A stretch of 38,441 nt of DNA, taken from the IMG/VR virus record IMGVR_UViG_3300032277_000027, positions 1 through 38,441 of that record; one strand, 5' to 3'. The notes beneath the pieces were generated by a model. The model ran no database searches. It was not told where the DNA came from and saw only the letters and a program-made list of their open reading frames with translations. This DNA comes from a virus (lineage: Duplodnaviria > Caudoviricetes). The position numbers and the translations under genes are program-made. Shown one piece after another: positions 6,843 through 14,647 of this stretch (position 1 is the first letter of the stretch; every line of letters begins with the position of its first letter).

Positions 6843-7090
6843 CCCGTGATAACTGGCACGGGTAACCAACAGCACCAGGATAAAAATGCGTGAATAGAAA
6901 ACAAATTTTAGTTTGTACCTGTTTAGTAGGCGCAGGAATAGTATTTTAAACACTCGTTAACGGACATGGTTAGGGGCTTCAGTCAGCATCCAAGGATTGG
7001 TAAAGGCTTGAGTGATAAGTACAGACTAATAAACATAACAGTTAATGATTAGCTGATATTGATACTAGGTGTCCAAAGGCCTACTTAATG
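6842..7090 (+). ncRNA. Putative large structured RNA with multiple pseudoknots
   Basis: Intergenic region with an 11-bp closing stem, several hairpins and three loop-to-3'-tail complementarities (see findings). Confidence 0.65.
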
Positions 7091-7150
7091 TCACCTATTG
7101 TCTGAATATATAGTTATAAGCTTACTTAATAGGTCATAAAGACAAGTGAT

Positions 7151-7178
7151 TAGACAGGTGTATTGATAGGTTTAGAAT
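7151..7178 (+). promoter_or_regulatory. Putative sigma70 promoter
   Basis: TAGACA-16 bp-TAGAAT upstream of ORF 7206. Confidence 0.55.
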
Positions 7179-7205
7179 GTAATCTAACAATAGAGAGGAA
7201 TAAGC

Positions 7206-7409
7206 ATGGAAATACATACAGAAGAAACAAAGAAAACGTTTATTAATGACGAGCTTGAAAATGGATATACGATTGGCATAGTTGTCGATCACATGGATAA
7301 AGACGCACCTTTTGAATTTGATATTGATATAGCTGATTTTGGATGGACTAGCAAAGCCGATGTATTAAAGATCAAGAAAATGATCAATAAAGCTTTGTCT
7401 ATTTTATAA
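7206..7409 (+). CDS. Hypothetical protein
   Basis: GAGG RBS. Confidence 0.75.
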   Translation: MEIHTEETKKTFINDELENGYTIGIVVDHMDKDAPFEFDIDIADFGWTSKADVLKIKKMINKALSIL

Positions 7410-7432
7410 CCCCAATAACCGGATAGATAACA

Positions 7433-7747
7433 ATGAAAGCTGAAGAGTTTAATAAATTAATGGCAGAGCTGGAAGGAATAGATGTTAGTGAATGCAAGTT
7501 AATCGAAGGCTCGCTTCATCACGACACAAAACATTTTTATTATGTTTATAACTGGTATGAAGACTTAAACCTTCTAATGCCTTTAGCCTGGAAGTATGGG
7601 ATTTATGTCACTGAAATGTGTGGGGAATTTACAGGCCATTATTACCCAGTAAATGTTAAGAAAAGATATACATCAAAAGATAAAGACCCAATACAAGCCA
7701 TTAGAGACTGTTTAACAGCAATAGCAAAGGATAAAGATTATGAGTGA
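7433..7747 (+). CDS. Phage ABA-sandwich / DUF2591 (NinX-like) protein
   Basis: FNKLMAELEG...WYEDLNLLMPLAWKYGI...DPIQAIRDCL pattern. Confidence 0.6.
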   Translation: MKAEEFNKLMAELEGIDVSECKLIEGSLHHDTKHFYYVYNWYEDLNLLMPLAWKYGIYVTEMCGEFTGHYYPVNVKKRYTSKDKDPIQAIRDCLTAIAKDKDYE

Positions 7748-8006
7748 TGTTACCTGCCCATATTGCGGAGCAGCACAAGAAATAAATCATGATGATGGCT
7801 ATGGTTACGAAGAAGACATTGATCATGAACAAGATTGTACTGAGTGTTCCAAGACGTTTAAATTCACAACTAGTATCAGCTTTAATTATGAGGCTATTTG
7901 TCAAGATGGTGATCATGATATGCAGCCTTTCGGTGAAAAGTGGACTGATATGTATGCGTGTAAAAACTGCAATTACTGCGAAAAAAGAATAGCAAAGGAT
8001 AAGTGA
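7740..8006 (+). CDS. Zinc-ribbon protein
   Basis: CPYC, CTEC and CKNC motifs. N-terminal half resembles ORF 1063..1248. Confidence 0.75.
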   Translation: MSDVTCPYCGAAQEINHDDGYGYEEDIDHEQDCTECSKTFKFTTSISFNYEAICQDGDHDMQPFGEKWTDMYACKNCNYCEKRIAKDK

Positions 8007-8221
8007 TGGATAAAGCAGAAGCATTAAAAGCATTACAGCATGGCAAAAAACTTACACATCGTTGGTTTACTAGTGAAGAATGGATTGAATCAGTCGACGG
8101 TAGAGCAAGCACTTACAGGTTTGAAGACGGCTGTATTTGTAATGATGCAGAGTTTTGGAAGTTCCGTAGTGATGAAAGCTGGGACAATGGATGGAGTATT
8201 TTTAATGAAACTGTACTGTAA
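8003..8221 (+). CDS. Hypothetical protein, weakly DUF2829/Tad2-like
   Basis: AEALKALQHGKKL.H.W N-terminus and GWSIF C-terminus. Confidence 0.6.
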   Translation: MMDKAEALKALQHGKKLTHRWFTSEEWIESVDGRASTYRFEDGCICNDAEFWKFRSDESWDNGWSIFNETVL

Positions 8222-8330
8222 AGTTTACTGTAAATCAGTCCCCTATATAGCTGCTATCCTGGCACTAGGTTTATGTTGGTTGTTATTTAAAGGGTTTGTT
8301 CAGCCGTATTATTTATGGGTTATTGGGTAA
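8205..8330 (+). CDS. Small membrane protein
   Basis: MKLYCKVY...AAILALGLCWLLF with a GGAG RBS. Start revised from 8040. Confidence 0.55.
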   Translation: MKLYCKVYCKSVPYIAAILALGLCWLLFKGFVQPYYLWVIG

Positions 8331-8335
8331 TTACA

Positions 8336-8737
8336 ATGAATGAAAAAAATATGATAGCCATGCTAGAAAATGATCTAGCTTGTACTAGAGACAAGAATCA
8401 TTTCTTAACGCTAGAGTCTGCGAGGTTAGAACACCAGTTAATAAATTTAAAGGAAACGGTTAATGATTTTGCGTTATCTCTCTCTATGGCAGGCAAAGAG
8501 ATTGATAGGTTAGGTGGTGAAGGCAAGTACTATCGTCAGAAAGGATTTAATTATATAGAGAATATAACGACAAACCCAATGAATAATATGAAAATATTAT
8601 GCTTTTTTGGCTCTCATAAATACCAGTTAACTTACTATGCAAATAGACATGGGATGGCTTTTGGGTACAAATGTACATCATGTGGTAAGTGGGATGCAGG
8701 CACTCTTAAATGCGCTAAGGACAAACCAGATGAATAA
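8336..8737 (+). CDS. Hypothetical protein (coiled coil plus C-terminal LCFFGSHKY..CTSC zinc-binding module)
   Basis: ORF track with start revised. The C-terminal module resembles DUF1660-type proteins. Confidence 0.6.
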   Translation: MNEKNMIAMLENDLACTRDKNHFLTLESARLEHQLINLKETVNDFALSLSMAGKEIDRLGGEGKYYRQKGFNYIENITTNPMNNMKILCFFGSHKYQLTYYANRHGMAFGYKCTSCGKWDAGTLKCAKDKPDE

Positions 8738-9053
8738 CATGACAGATGAGGAAGCGAAGGGATTTAATTTAGCTTGTGTTGAGTTTATGGGTTATGAGTC
8801 TTTTGACATACTTATACTACCTGGAGGTATTTGTGATGCAAAAACATTACTAAGAGCCAAAATCCCAAACTACGCCACCGACAGCAACGACCTTGATCTT
8901 GTTATTGAGAAGATGAAATTGGATATTGTTTTTGAGCGAAGCAGTGGATACTGGAAATGTAAAGAATGGCTAAATCTTATTGTTGAAAATGACAAAGACC
9001 GCCGCACAGCTATTATCAAATGTATTCAACAGGTATTGAGGGGTAAGGTATGA
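8730..9053 (+). CDS. Phage ABA-sandwich / DUF2591-like protein
   Basis: FNLACVEFMG...IPNYATDSNDLDLVIEKM...TAIIKC. Start revised to 8730. Confidence 0.7.
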   Translation: MNNMTDEEAKGFNLACVEFMGYESFDILILPGGICDAKTLLRAKIPNYATDSNDLDLVIEKMKLDIVFERSSGYWKCKEWLNLIVENDKDRRTAIIKCIQQVLRGKV

Positions 9054-9238
9054 AAGTAACTATAAACAATATGGCCTTGGAAAGAGTAAAAGAGCATATT
9101 TTACAGGCTATTGATTTGCTGCCAGAAATAAAATCTACTGACTCAAAAACAAGAGCAGACAATTTAACGGTTATTAATGGAAGGCTTAAATCTACTTTTG
9201 AGTATATAAATTTACTAAGGGATAACAACGGAGAGTGA
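9050..9238 (+). CDS. Hypothetical protein
   Basis: ATGA-coupled ORF. Confidence 0.7.
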   Translation: MKVTINNMALERVKEHILQAIDLLPEIKSTDSKTRADNLTVINGRLKSTFEYINLLRDNNGE

Positions 9239-9239
9239 A

Positions 9240-9413
9240 ATGAAGATTAAAATACTATGGGTTATAGCAGCTGCTATAAATTTTTTAGTAATGATGTTAA
9301 TAGATTATTCACCTAATCAAACATTTTACGGGTTTATGTTTAACTCTTTCGCTATTTTATTTTTCTATCTGTCATGGATATGTGAAATTCTAGTTAACAA
9401 GGAATCAAAATGA
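9240..9413 (+). CDS. Small two-TM membrane protein, 57 aa, absent from the ORF track
   Basis: MKIKILWVIAAAINFLVMML... with a GGAG RBS. Fills the gap and overlaps the next start. Confidence 0.65.
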   Translation: MKIKILWVIAAAINFLVMMLIDYSPNQTFYGFMFNSFAILFFYLSWICEILVNKESK

Positions 9414-9715
9414 TGGACAGTAAAGATAAACCAGAGGCTAAGCAACCAGAAGAAGTTTATTTAGCTATTAATGATCCAGATTTAGAGCATAGTCATAGAG
9501 CTAATGCTCACTGGTCTGTTAAATACCTCTTAGCTGATACCAGCATAAGTGATGCAGATGTACTGGAAGCCGTTTCATTAGCGTGTGATGATTTAAGAGA
9601 GCGACACAAAGCCCAGCTTCAAGAGTTAGAGAAGCAGTTGATTGATTTGTTTGAATGTAAACCATTTAGTTTTAATACTGACACCATTAAAGAAGCATTC
9701 AAAGGGGTTGTATGA
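9410..9715 (+). CDS. Hypothetical protein
   Basis: Translationally coupled ORF. Confidence 0.7.
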   Translation: MMDSKDKPEAKQPEEVYLAINDPDLEHSHRANAHWSVKYLLADTSISDADVLEAVSLACDDLRERHKAQLQELEKQLIDLFECKPFSFNTDTIKEAFKGVV

Positions 9716-9978
9716 GTGAGTTGCCAGACAGCCTAAAAGATGTTAATTCAGTTTTGAAGCGAGGTAGAGAGGTGTTAAACGTGATAGAGCCTAAATTAAA
9801 ACATTGTAATGTTGCCGCTGTAATGTGCAATAAGATTTACACACAAGCCGAACTCCAACAAGAGAAGATGAAACTTATACAGTGGATTTATGACTGCGAT
9901 TATTTAAACGAAGATGGTGTGAGAGCTTTTGAAACAATGCCAGAATTAAAACAGCGTATAAGCCAAGATGGTGAATAG
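9712..9978 (+). CDS. Hypothetical protein
   Basis: Translationally coupled ORF. Confidence 0.7.
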   Translation: MSELPDSLKDVNSVLKRGREVLNVIEPKLKHCNVAAVMCNKIYTQAELQQEKMKLIQWIYDCDYLNEDGVRAFETMPELKQRISQDGE

Positions 9979-9980
9979 AG

Positions 9981-10196
9981 ATGAAGAAAACACAGCCAGA
10001 AGTCATTCAATATTTTTGTGATAAGTGTAAAAAAGAAATTGTAGGCTCTGATAAAGCAAGCGATTGCAAAGTGGTAATGACATCGGATGGGGTTGATTAT
10101 AGTGGACATGCTGTGTGGCATGGAACTGGCGGACAGTTCGACCTTTGTTATAACTGCTATGACGAAGTTATTAATATTATTAGGGGCGTGAAGTGA
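9981..10196 (+). CDS. Small zinc-finger protein
   Basis: CDKC...DLCYNC motifs. Confidence 0.75.
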   Translation: MKKTQPEVIQYFCDKCKKEIVGSDKASDCKVVMTSDGVDYSGHAVWHGTGGQFDLCYNCYDEVINIIRGVK

Positions 10197-10429
10197 TAGA
10201 TCAACTAAAAGCTGAAGAGATAGCGACAACGCATATAGAAAATTATGTTAAAAAATGCAACGTTAGGAATGAAAAAGAATTGCAAAACGCACTATTAAAA
10301 ATGTTCAGCGTATGCTCTCAAGCATTGGTATCAACTCAAGGCATTGAAACTACGTTAAATATTTTTGAAGGGACAAAAAACCACATAATTAAAACAAATC
10401 CAACTTACTCAAAAGACACGGTTCAATAA
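10193..10429 (+). CDS. Hypothetical protein
   Basis: Translationally coupled ORF. Confidence 0.7.
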   Translation: MIDQLKAEEIATTHIENYVKKCNVRNEKELQNALLKMFSVCSQALVSTQGIETTLNIFEGTKNHIIKTNPTYSKDTVQ

Positions 10430-10430
10430 G

Positions 10431-10673
10431 ATGCCTATACATGATAGATATTGCCCGAAGTTTTACAGCAAGACAGTACAGAGATGTACTTGCAAACCTA
10501 CCTACACCAAGTCAGAACTAGACCAGCAAATTGAACAGGCTTGCAGGGAGCAGCGAGAAGCCAGTGCAAAGAAATTTAAAGCAAATGCAGAGGTTTTTGG
10601 AATACATCCGAAAATAATAGCCGACTTAATTCTAATGATTAAATCAGCAACTAACACCAGTGAGAGGAAGTGA
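10431..10673 (+). CDS. Hypothetical protein
   Basis: ORF in operon. Confidence 0.65.
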   Translation: MPIHDRYCPKFYSKTVQRCTCKPTYTKSELDQQIEQACREQREASAKKFKANAEVFGIHPKIIADLILMIKSATNTSERK

Positions 10674-10888
10674 TGGAATACAGCGAATATAAAGAGATAT
10701 GCAGTATTTTATTTGAAAACTCAAGAGTAGATTTAATTCAAAAAATTACTGAATCAACTGGTTACGGGATGGCATTAAAAATATCAGGGCAAGAGAAAAT
10801 ATTAGTAGAGTGCGTGAGTATTCTCAAAGAGCACGATATTAAGCGCGATTTGCAAAGAGAAATCAAAGATATTTTAGACCAACCATAG
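10670..10888 (+). CDS. Hypothetical protein
   Basis: Translationally coupled ORF. Confidence 0.65.
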   Translation: MMEYSEYKEICSILFENSRVDLIQKITESTGYGMALKISGQEKILVECVSILKEHDIKRDLQREIKDILDQP

Positions 10889-10905
10889 CAGGCTAAGAGG
10901 TATAT

Positions 10906-11076
10906 ATGTACACAATAGAACGTAGAAAGCTAGGCCGATCACTAAAATACTGCATTATTAGAGATGATGGTTCTATATGTGATCTCTTTGATAGAGAAGG
11001 TGATGCAATAGCCAGGTTAGACTTTTTAAAACTTATGGGGTGGGCTGGTGAAACAGAAGAAATGCAGAGCATGTAA
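10906..11076 (+). CDS. Hypothetical protein, 56 aa (MYTIERRKLGRS...)
   Basis: GAGG RBS. Fills the gap before ninG. Confidence 0.55.
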   Translation: MYTIERRKLGRSLKYCIIRDDGSICDLFDREGDAIARLDFLKLMGWAGETEEMQSM

Positions 11077-11569
11077 GGAAAAGTTCTCGTATTTCAATAG
11101 TACACAGGTAGTCTGTAGTCCATCCTGCGCTTTAACGCTAGTCAAGCAACAAAAGAGCAAGGAATACGACAAGAAGACCAGAGAGCTTAAGGCTTCTATC
11201 AAAACAAAGTCAGATTGGCTCAGGGAGGCTCAAACGGCTGATAACGCATACATCCGTGAGAGAGATCGTGATGAACCATGTATTAGCTGCGGCAGACACC
11301 ATAACGGCCAGTATCATGCTGGACACTACCTTTCTAGGGGTGCATGTCCAGAATTAAGGTTTCATCCACTGAATAACCATAAACAATGTGCGCCCTGCAA
11401 TAATCATCTATCAGGGAATCTGGTAAAATATAGGGTCAATCTGATAAAGAAAATAGGACTTGATATGGTTGAGTGGCTAGAAGGGCCGCATGAGCCTCAG
11501 AAGTTAAGCGTTGATGATATAAAAGAGATAAAAGAATACTACAAAGAACAGTTGAAGTTATTAAAATAA
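11048..11569 (+). CDS. ninG: NinG/Rap recombination endonuclease
   Basis: CRAC...VCSPSCA, YIRERD..PCISCG, AGHYLSRGA.PELRF..NNHKQCAPCN.HLSGN. Confidence 0.95.
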   Translation: MKQKKCRACKEKFSYFNSTQVVCSPSCALTLVKQQKSKEYDKKTRELKASIKTKSDWLREAQTADNAYIRERDRDEPCISCGRHHNGQYHAGHYLSRGACPELRFHPLNNHKQCAPCNNHLSGNLVKYRVNLIKKIGLDMVEWLEGPHEPQKLSVDDIKEIKEYYKEQLKLLK

Positions 11570-11629
11570 TTGATACCCCATAAGAAATGGTGATTGGACG
11601 CATTAAATAAATAAAGGCTTAATAGACAC

Positions 11630-11779
11630 ATGAGCATAATGACAAAGAGACAAGATATAGAGGACGCATTCAGATCATTGGTGCGTGTAGCCCTTGCAAG
11701 CCTTAATAGCAATGAGAAACAGGTTTGCTTACAATATTTTATCGATATTTTAGTAGATATGCAGGAGAAATCAGAGTGA
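11630..11779 (+). CDS. Hypothetical protein, about 49 aa
   Basis: Manual translation MSIMTKRQDIEDAFRSLVRV... Confidence 0.45.
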   Translation: MSIMTKRQDIEDAFRSLVRVALASLNSNEKQVCLQYFIDILVDMQEKSE

Positions 11780-12009
11780 TTAATGATAAAGGCGATATAC
11801 ATATGGAGAATGGATCATCAATAGAGTTTACCAAAGGAGACGGGGATAAGTTTATTGGCCAGCCTGATATACAGGAGAACATGGAGAATCAATCCATGCA
11901 AGAGCAGTTAGAGCATGACCCTGATTATATAGCATGGGCCAAGACTCAGGAAATGACTGAAGCCGAGAAAGATCAAATGGCTAAAGACTTAGAAGGCGAA
12001 GTATTTTAG
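11725..12009 (+). CDS. Acidic hypothetical protein (start likely 11776 or later)
   Basis: ORF track. AGGAG lies before the GTG at 11776. Confidence 0.55.
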   Translation: MLTIFYRYFSRYAGEIRVINDKGDIHMENGSSIEFTKGDGDKFIGQPDIQENMENQSMQEQLEHDPDYIAWAKTQEMTEAEKDQMAKDLEGEVF

Positions 12010-12300
12010 ATCACCGGAGTTGTTTCCAGCATAGGCGTTGTTTTCTCCGTGGCGTGATCGATAACGGGATTGAGAATTTAAGAATCTAACTTACTATACA
12101 GTTTTTCATTAACTTTTTAGATAGAGTTCACCGTTAGGCAGAGCGAAACTGTAGGTGATTTTGAATAAATATAGCAATTGGGTGTAAAGCCCATTCAAAT
12201 TATGGTGTAGCTCGGTGAATCTGTCGCATTAGACCTTCCCGAGTTGCGCCACCCTTTTTGCCAGCACTATCCAGGCCCCCAGCGTGCCGCAGTGCTGGTT
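12009..12300 (+). ncRNA. Structured intergenic RNA region (series of hairpins) upstream of sak
   Basis: At least five stem-loops, several with G-U pairs that are valid on the plus strand. Confidence 0.5.
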
Positions 12301-12318
12301 CTTTTATTGGAGAGATAG

Positions 12319-12993
12319 ATGGACATTAAAGAGCTAGAAAAGCCCCTAAATAGGGATAACGTTAAAGAAAGAGGAAATGGAAAATTTAAACTTTCATATA
12401 TTGAAGGCTGGTTTTCTATATCAGAAGCTAATCGTATATTCGGGTTTGATAGCTGGTATAGAGAAACCGTTTATTGTAAAGAAGTTTGTCGCTACGAGTA
12501 TGAGGGAAAAAACAAAACTCCTATGTGGAAAGTAGGATATGAGGCATGTGTAAAAGTTACGGTTCATCAGAATAATGGAAGCATTCCAGGAGTTGTTATT
12601 CGTGAGGGTACAGGGCATGGCTCTGGTAATGCGCGTGATTTATTTGACTGCATTGAAGGCGCTGCAAAAGAAGCTGAAACCGATGCTATGAAACGCGCAT
12701 TAATGACGTTTGGTAATCCGTTTGGACTAGCTTTATATGATAAAACACAGGCTAATGTGGCAAGCCAGCAACAAATGGCAATTATGGCTGCAATTGATGC
12801 ACATCAATCCACAATAACAGCAATAAAGGATGGCATAGCAACAAACGATTTTAAAATTGCGTCAGAGGCTTGGAAAGAGCTTAATGATGATGAGAAAAAG
12901 AGTATATGGGTTGCTCCATCTAATGGCGGAGCATTTACAACAGAGGAAAGAAAGATTATGCAATCAACAGAGTTTAGAGAGGCAGGGCTATGA
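12319..12993 (+). CDS. sak: Rad52/Rad22-family single-strand annealing protein (Sak)
   Basis: LSYIEGW...[18 protein letters not shown] and [28 protein letters not shown] motifs. Confidence 0.95.
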   Translation: MDIKELEKPLNRDNVKERGNGKFKLSYIEGWFSISEANRIFGFDSWYRETVYCKEVCRYEYEGKNKTPMWKVGYEACVKVTVHQNNGSIPGVVIREGTGHGSGNARDLFDCIEGAAKEAETDAMKRALMTFGNPFGLALYDKTQANVASQQQMAIMAAIDAHQSTITAIKDGIATNDFKIASEAWKELNDDEKKSIWVAPSNGGAFTTEERKIMQSTEFREAGL

Positions 12994-13424
12994 GCAGAGG
13001 AATTAATAAAGTAATTTTAGTAGGCACATGCGGTAAAGACCCTGAAACACGGTACATGCCAAGTGGTAAGGCAGTAACTAATATGAGTATTGCTACCAGT
13101 AAAACATGGAAAGATAAGAAAACAGGTGAAAAGCAGGAGTCTACAGAGTGGCATAACCTGACTTTCTTTGATCGATTAGGTGAAATAGCTGGCGAGTATT
13201 TAAAGAAAGGCTCTCAAATCTATGTTGAAGGCGAGCTAAAGACTGAAAAATGGCAGGATAAGTCCGGCAATGATCGTTATACAACTAAGATAATCTGTAA
13301 TGAAATGCAGATTTTAGGGAAAAAGGATGATCAATCTAATTCTCCACAACAATCTAAACCAGAAAATACTCCAGCGCCAGCCGCGCCGATAGACGATGAT
13401 TTTAGCGATGAAATTCCTTTCTAA
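12990..13424 (+). CDS. ssb: Single-stranded DNA-binding protein
   Basis: [31 protein letters not shown] and acidic DEIPF tail. Confidence 0.97.
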   Translation: MSRGINKVILVGTCGKDPETRYMPSGKAVTNMSIATSKTWKDKKTGEKQESTEWHNLTFFDRLGEIAGEYLKKGSQIYVEGELKTEKWQDKSGNDRYTTKIICNEMQILGKKDDQSNSPQQSKPENTPAPAAPIDDDFSDEIPF

Positions 13425-13465
13425 AATGCTCGGCATTTGCTATTATTACACAAGGAGGTGTAGTT

Positions 13466-13879
13466 ATGAAACTATGCGGAAGATGCAAAGAAGAAAAAGA
13501 AGAAAAAGATTTTAATAAAGACAAGTACTCTAAAACGGGCCTGAGAAGTCAATGTAAATTGTGCATGAAGAAGGAAAGAGAAAAATTGTCAGACCACTAT
13601 AAGGAATGGAGGTCAACACCTGAAAAGCTGGAATGGTACAGGAATTACAGAAAAGGAAGATACCAAATTGACAAACGCAAGGTTAGCGCAAGAAACAAGA
13701 TAAATTGGGCTGTTTCATCAGGAAAAGTAATAAGGCCTGATTATTGCGAATCATGCAAGCACCATAGAACAACAGAGGCCCACCATGATGATTACTTGAA
13801 GCCTTTAAATGTTAGATGGCTTTGCTCTTGTTGTCATAAGCAATGGCATAGAGATAATGGAGAAGGGCTTAACGGTTAG
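13466..13879 (+). CDS. HNH-type endonuclease with N-terminal zinc finger
   Basis: CGRC...CKLC, and CESC..EAHHDDY.KPLNVRWLC..CH..WH. Confidence 0.85.
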   Translation: MKLCGRCKEEKEEKDFNKDKYSKTGLRSQCKLCMKKEREKLSDHYKEWRSTPEKLEWYRNYRKGRYQIDKRKVSARNKINWAVSSGKVIRPDYCESCKHHRTTEAHHDDYLKPLNVRWLCSCCHKQWHRDNGEGLNG

Positions 13880-13908
13880 CCTTTTTGATATAGATCAATA
13901 AAGAATAT

Positions 13909-14034
13909 GCGGGAGTAACACAACGTAAATGTGAAAGCAAAGGGCATGTCCTTGTTATTAGCGCCTTAGTACGGTTGGTAGTGTGTGGTTCACTAAAGCC
14001 ATTGTTGCAGGTTCGAGTCCTGCCTCCCGCGCCA
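13909..14034 (+). tRNA. tRNA-like element with an expanded D-loop and non-canonical anticodon loop (pseudo-tRNA or repurposed RNA)
   Basis: GCGGGAG/CTCCCGC acceptor stem, G discriminator plus CCA, GCAGG-TTCGAGT-CCTGC T-arm, ACAC/GTGT D-stem with a 59-nt loop, TGGTT/AGCCA stem with a 6-nt loop. Confidence 0.75.
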
Positions 14035-14038
14035 TATA

Positions 14039-14087
14039 TGCCCTGCCTTTCACTTAACTAGCACTTGGGTTTTAGGCGGGGTATTTT
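14039..14087 (+). terminator. Terminator-like hairpin after the tRNA-like element
   Basis: TGCCCTGCCT/AGGCGGGGTA stem followed by TTTT. Confidence 0.55.
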
Positions 14088-14103
14088 AAATTAGGAGAAG
14101 AAG

Positions 14104-14271
14104 ATGATAGCAAAGATAATTAATACTGTTTTCTACACTGTTTGCATCTTACTTATCATAGGCTTATTTGTGGTCTTTGGGAGTAAGGAGGCTAAAGCGT
14201 GTGATGACATGAGCGTAAAAGAGTTGCTTAAGACTTATAAGCCCTGTTTAGGTGGATGGTGTAAGCGATGA
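14104..14271 (+). CDS. Small exported or membrane peptide, 55 aa, absent from the ORF track
   Basis: AGGAG RBS, hydrophobic N-terminus ending in AKA, Cys-containing mature part, ATGA overlap with the next gene. Confidence 0.65.
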   Translation: MIAKIINTVFYTVCILLIIGLFVVFGSKEAKACDDMSVKELLKTYKPCLGGWCKR

Positions 14272-14573
14272 AACAAGGCAAAAATATTGGTTATCTACGT
14301 TACCTAAAAGGTGAGAATTTTAATTATGTAGATGATGGGGGGATAGTTGGGATAGAAAATGGACGCCACACTATTCAGATCATTAAAAGTATAACTAATG
14401 ATAATGTATTTTCAATTCTAGTTAATAATGAATTAACCACTCAAACAAGAGAAGAGTTAGCAGAATTTTTATGGGCTGCCGCATATCTTTTAGATTCTGA
14501 GAAGCGACACGAACCAAAAGGCGAGATAGTAGGAATTAATTATATAAATCATGGTGGTGATCATGAGCTATGA
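14268..14573 (+). CDS. Hypothetical protein
   Basis: Translationally coupled ORF. Confidence 0.7.
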   Translation: MKQGKNIGYLRYLKGENFNYVDDGGIVGIENGRHTIQIIKSITNDNVFSILVNNELTTQTREELAEFLWAAAYLLDSEKRHEPKGEIVGINYINHGGDHEL

Positions 14574-14647
14574 AGAATGGAGCAAAAGAAAGGCCTGGTT
14601 TTATACAGGCCTGTTCATTATGCTGTTTTGGGGCTGTGTATTAGTGG

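Noticed and set aside
7019-7115. Group I intron (GACTA...ATATAGTT resembles P7)
   Set aside because: I could not build the P3/P4/P6 core or an interrupted gene, and GACTA is used in a better 11-bp stem.
13986-14001. CTA in the anticodon loop as an amber suppressor, implying TAG recoding
   Set aside because: The stem register does not place CTA in a 7-nt loop with U33. TAG ends several well-defined genes (terL, tailspike, Rz) and long genes are not fragmented by TAG.
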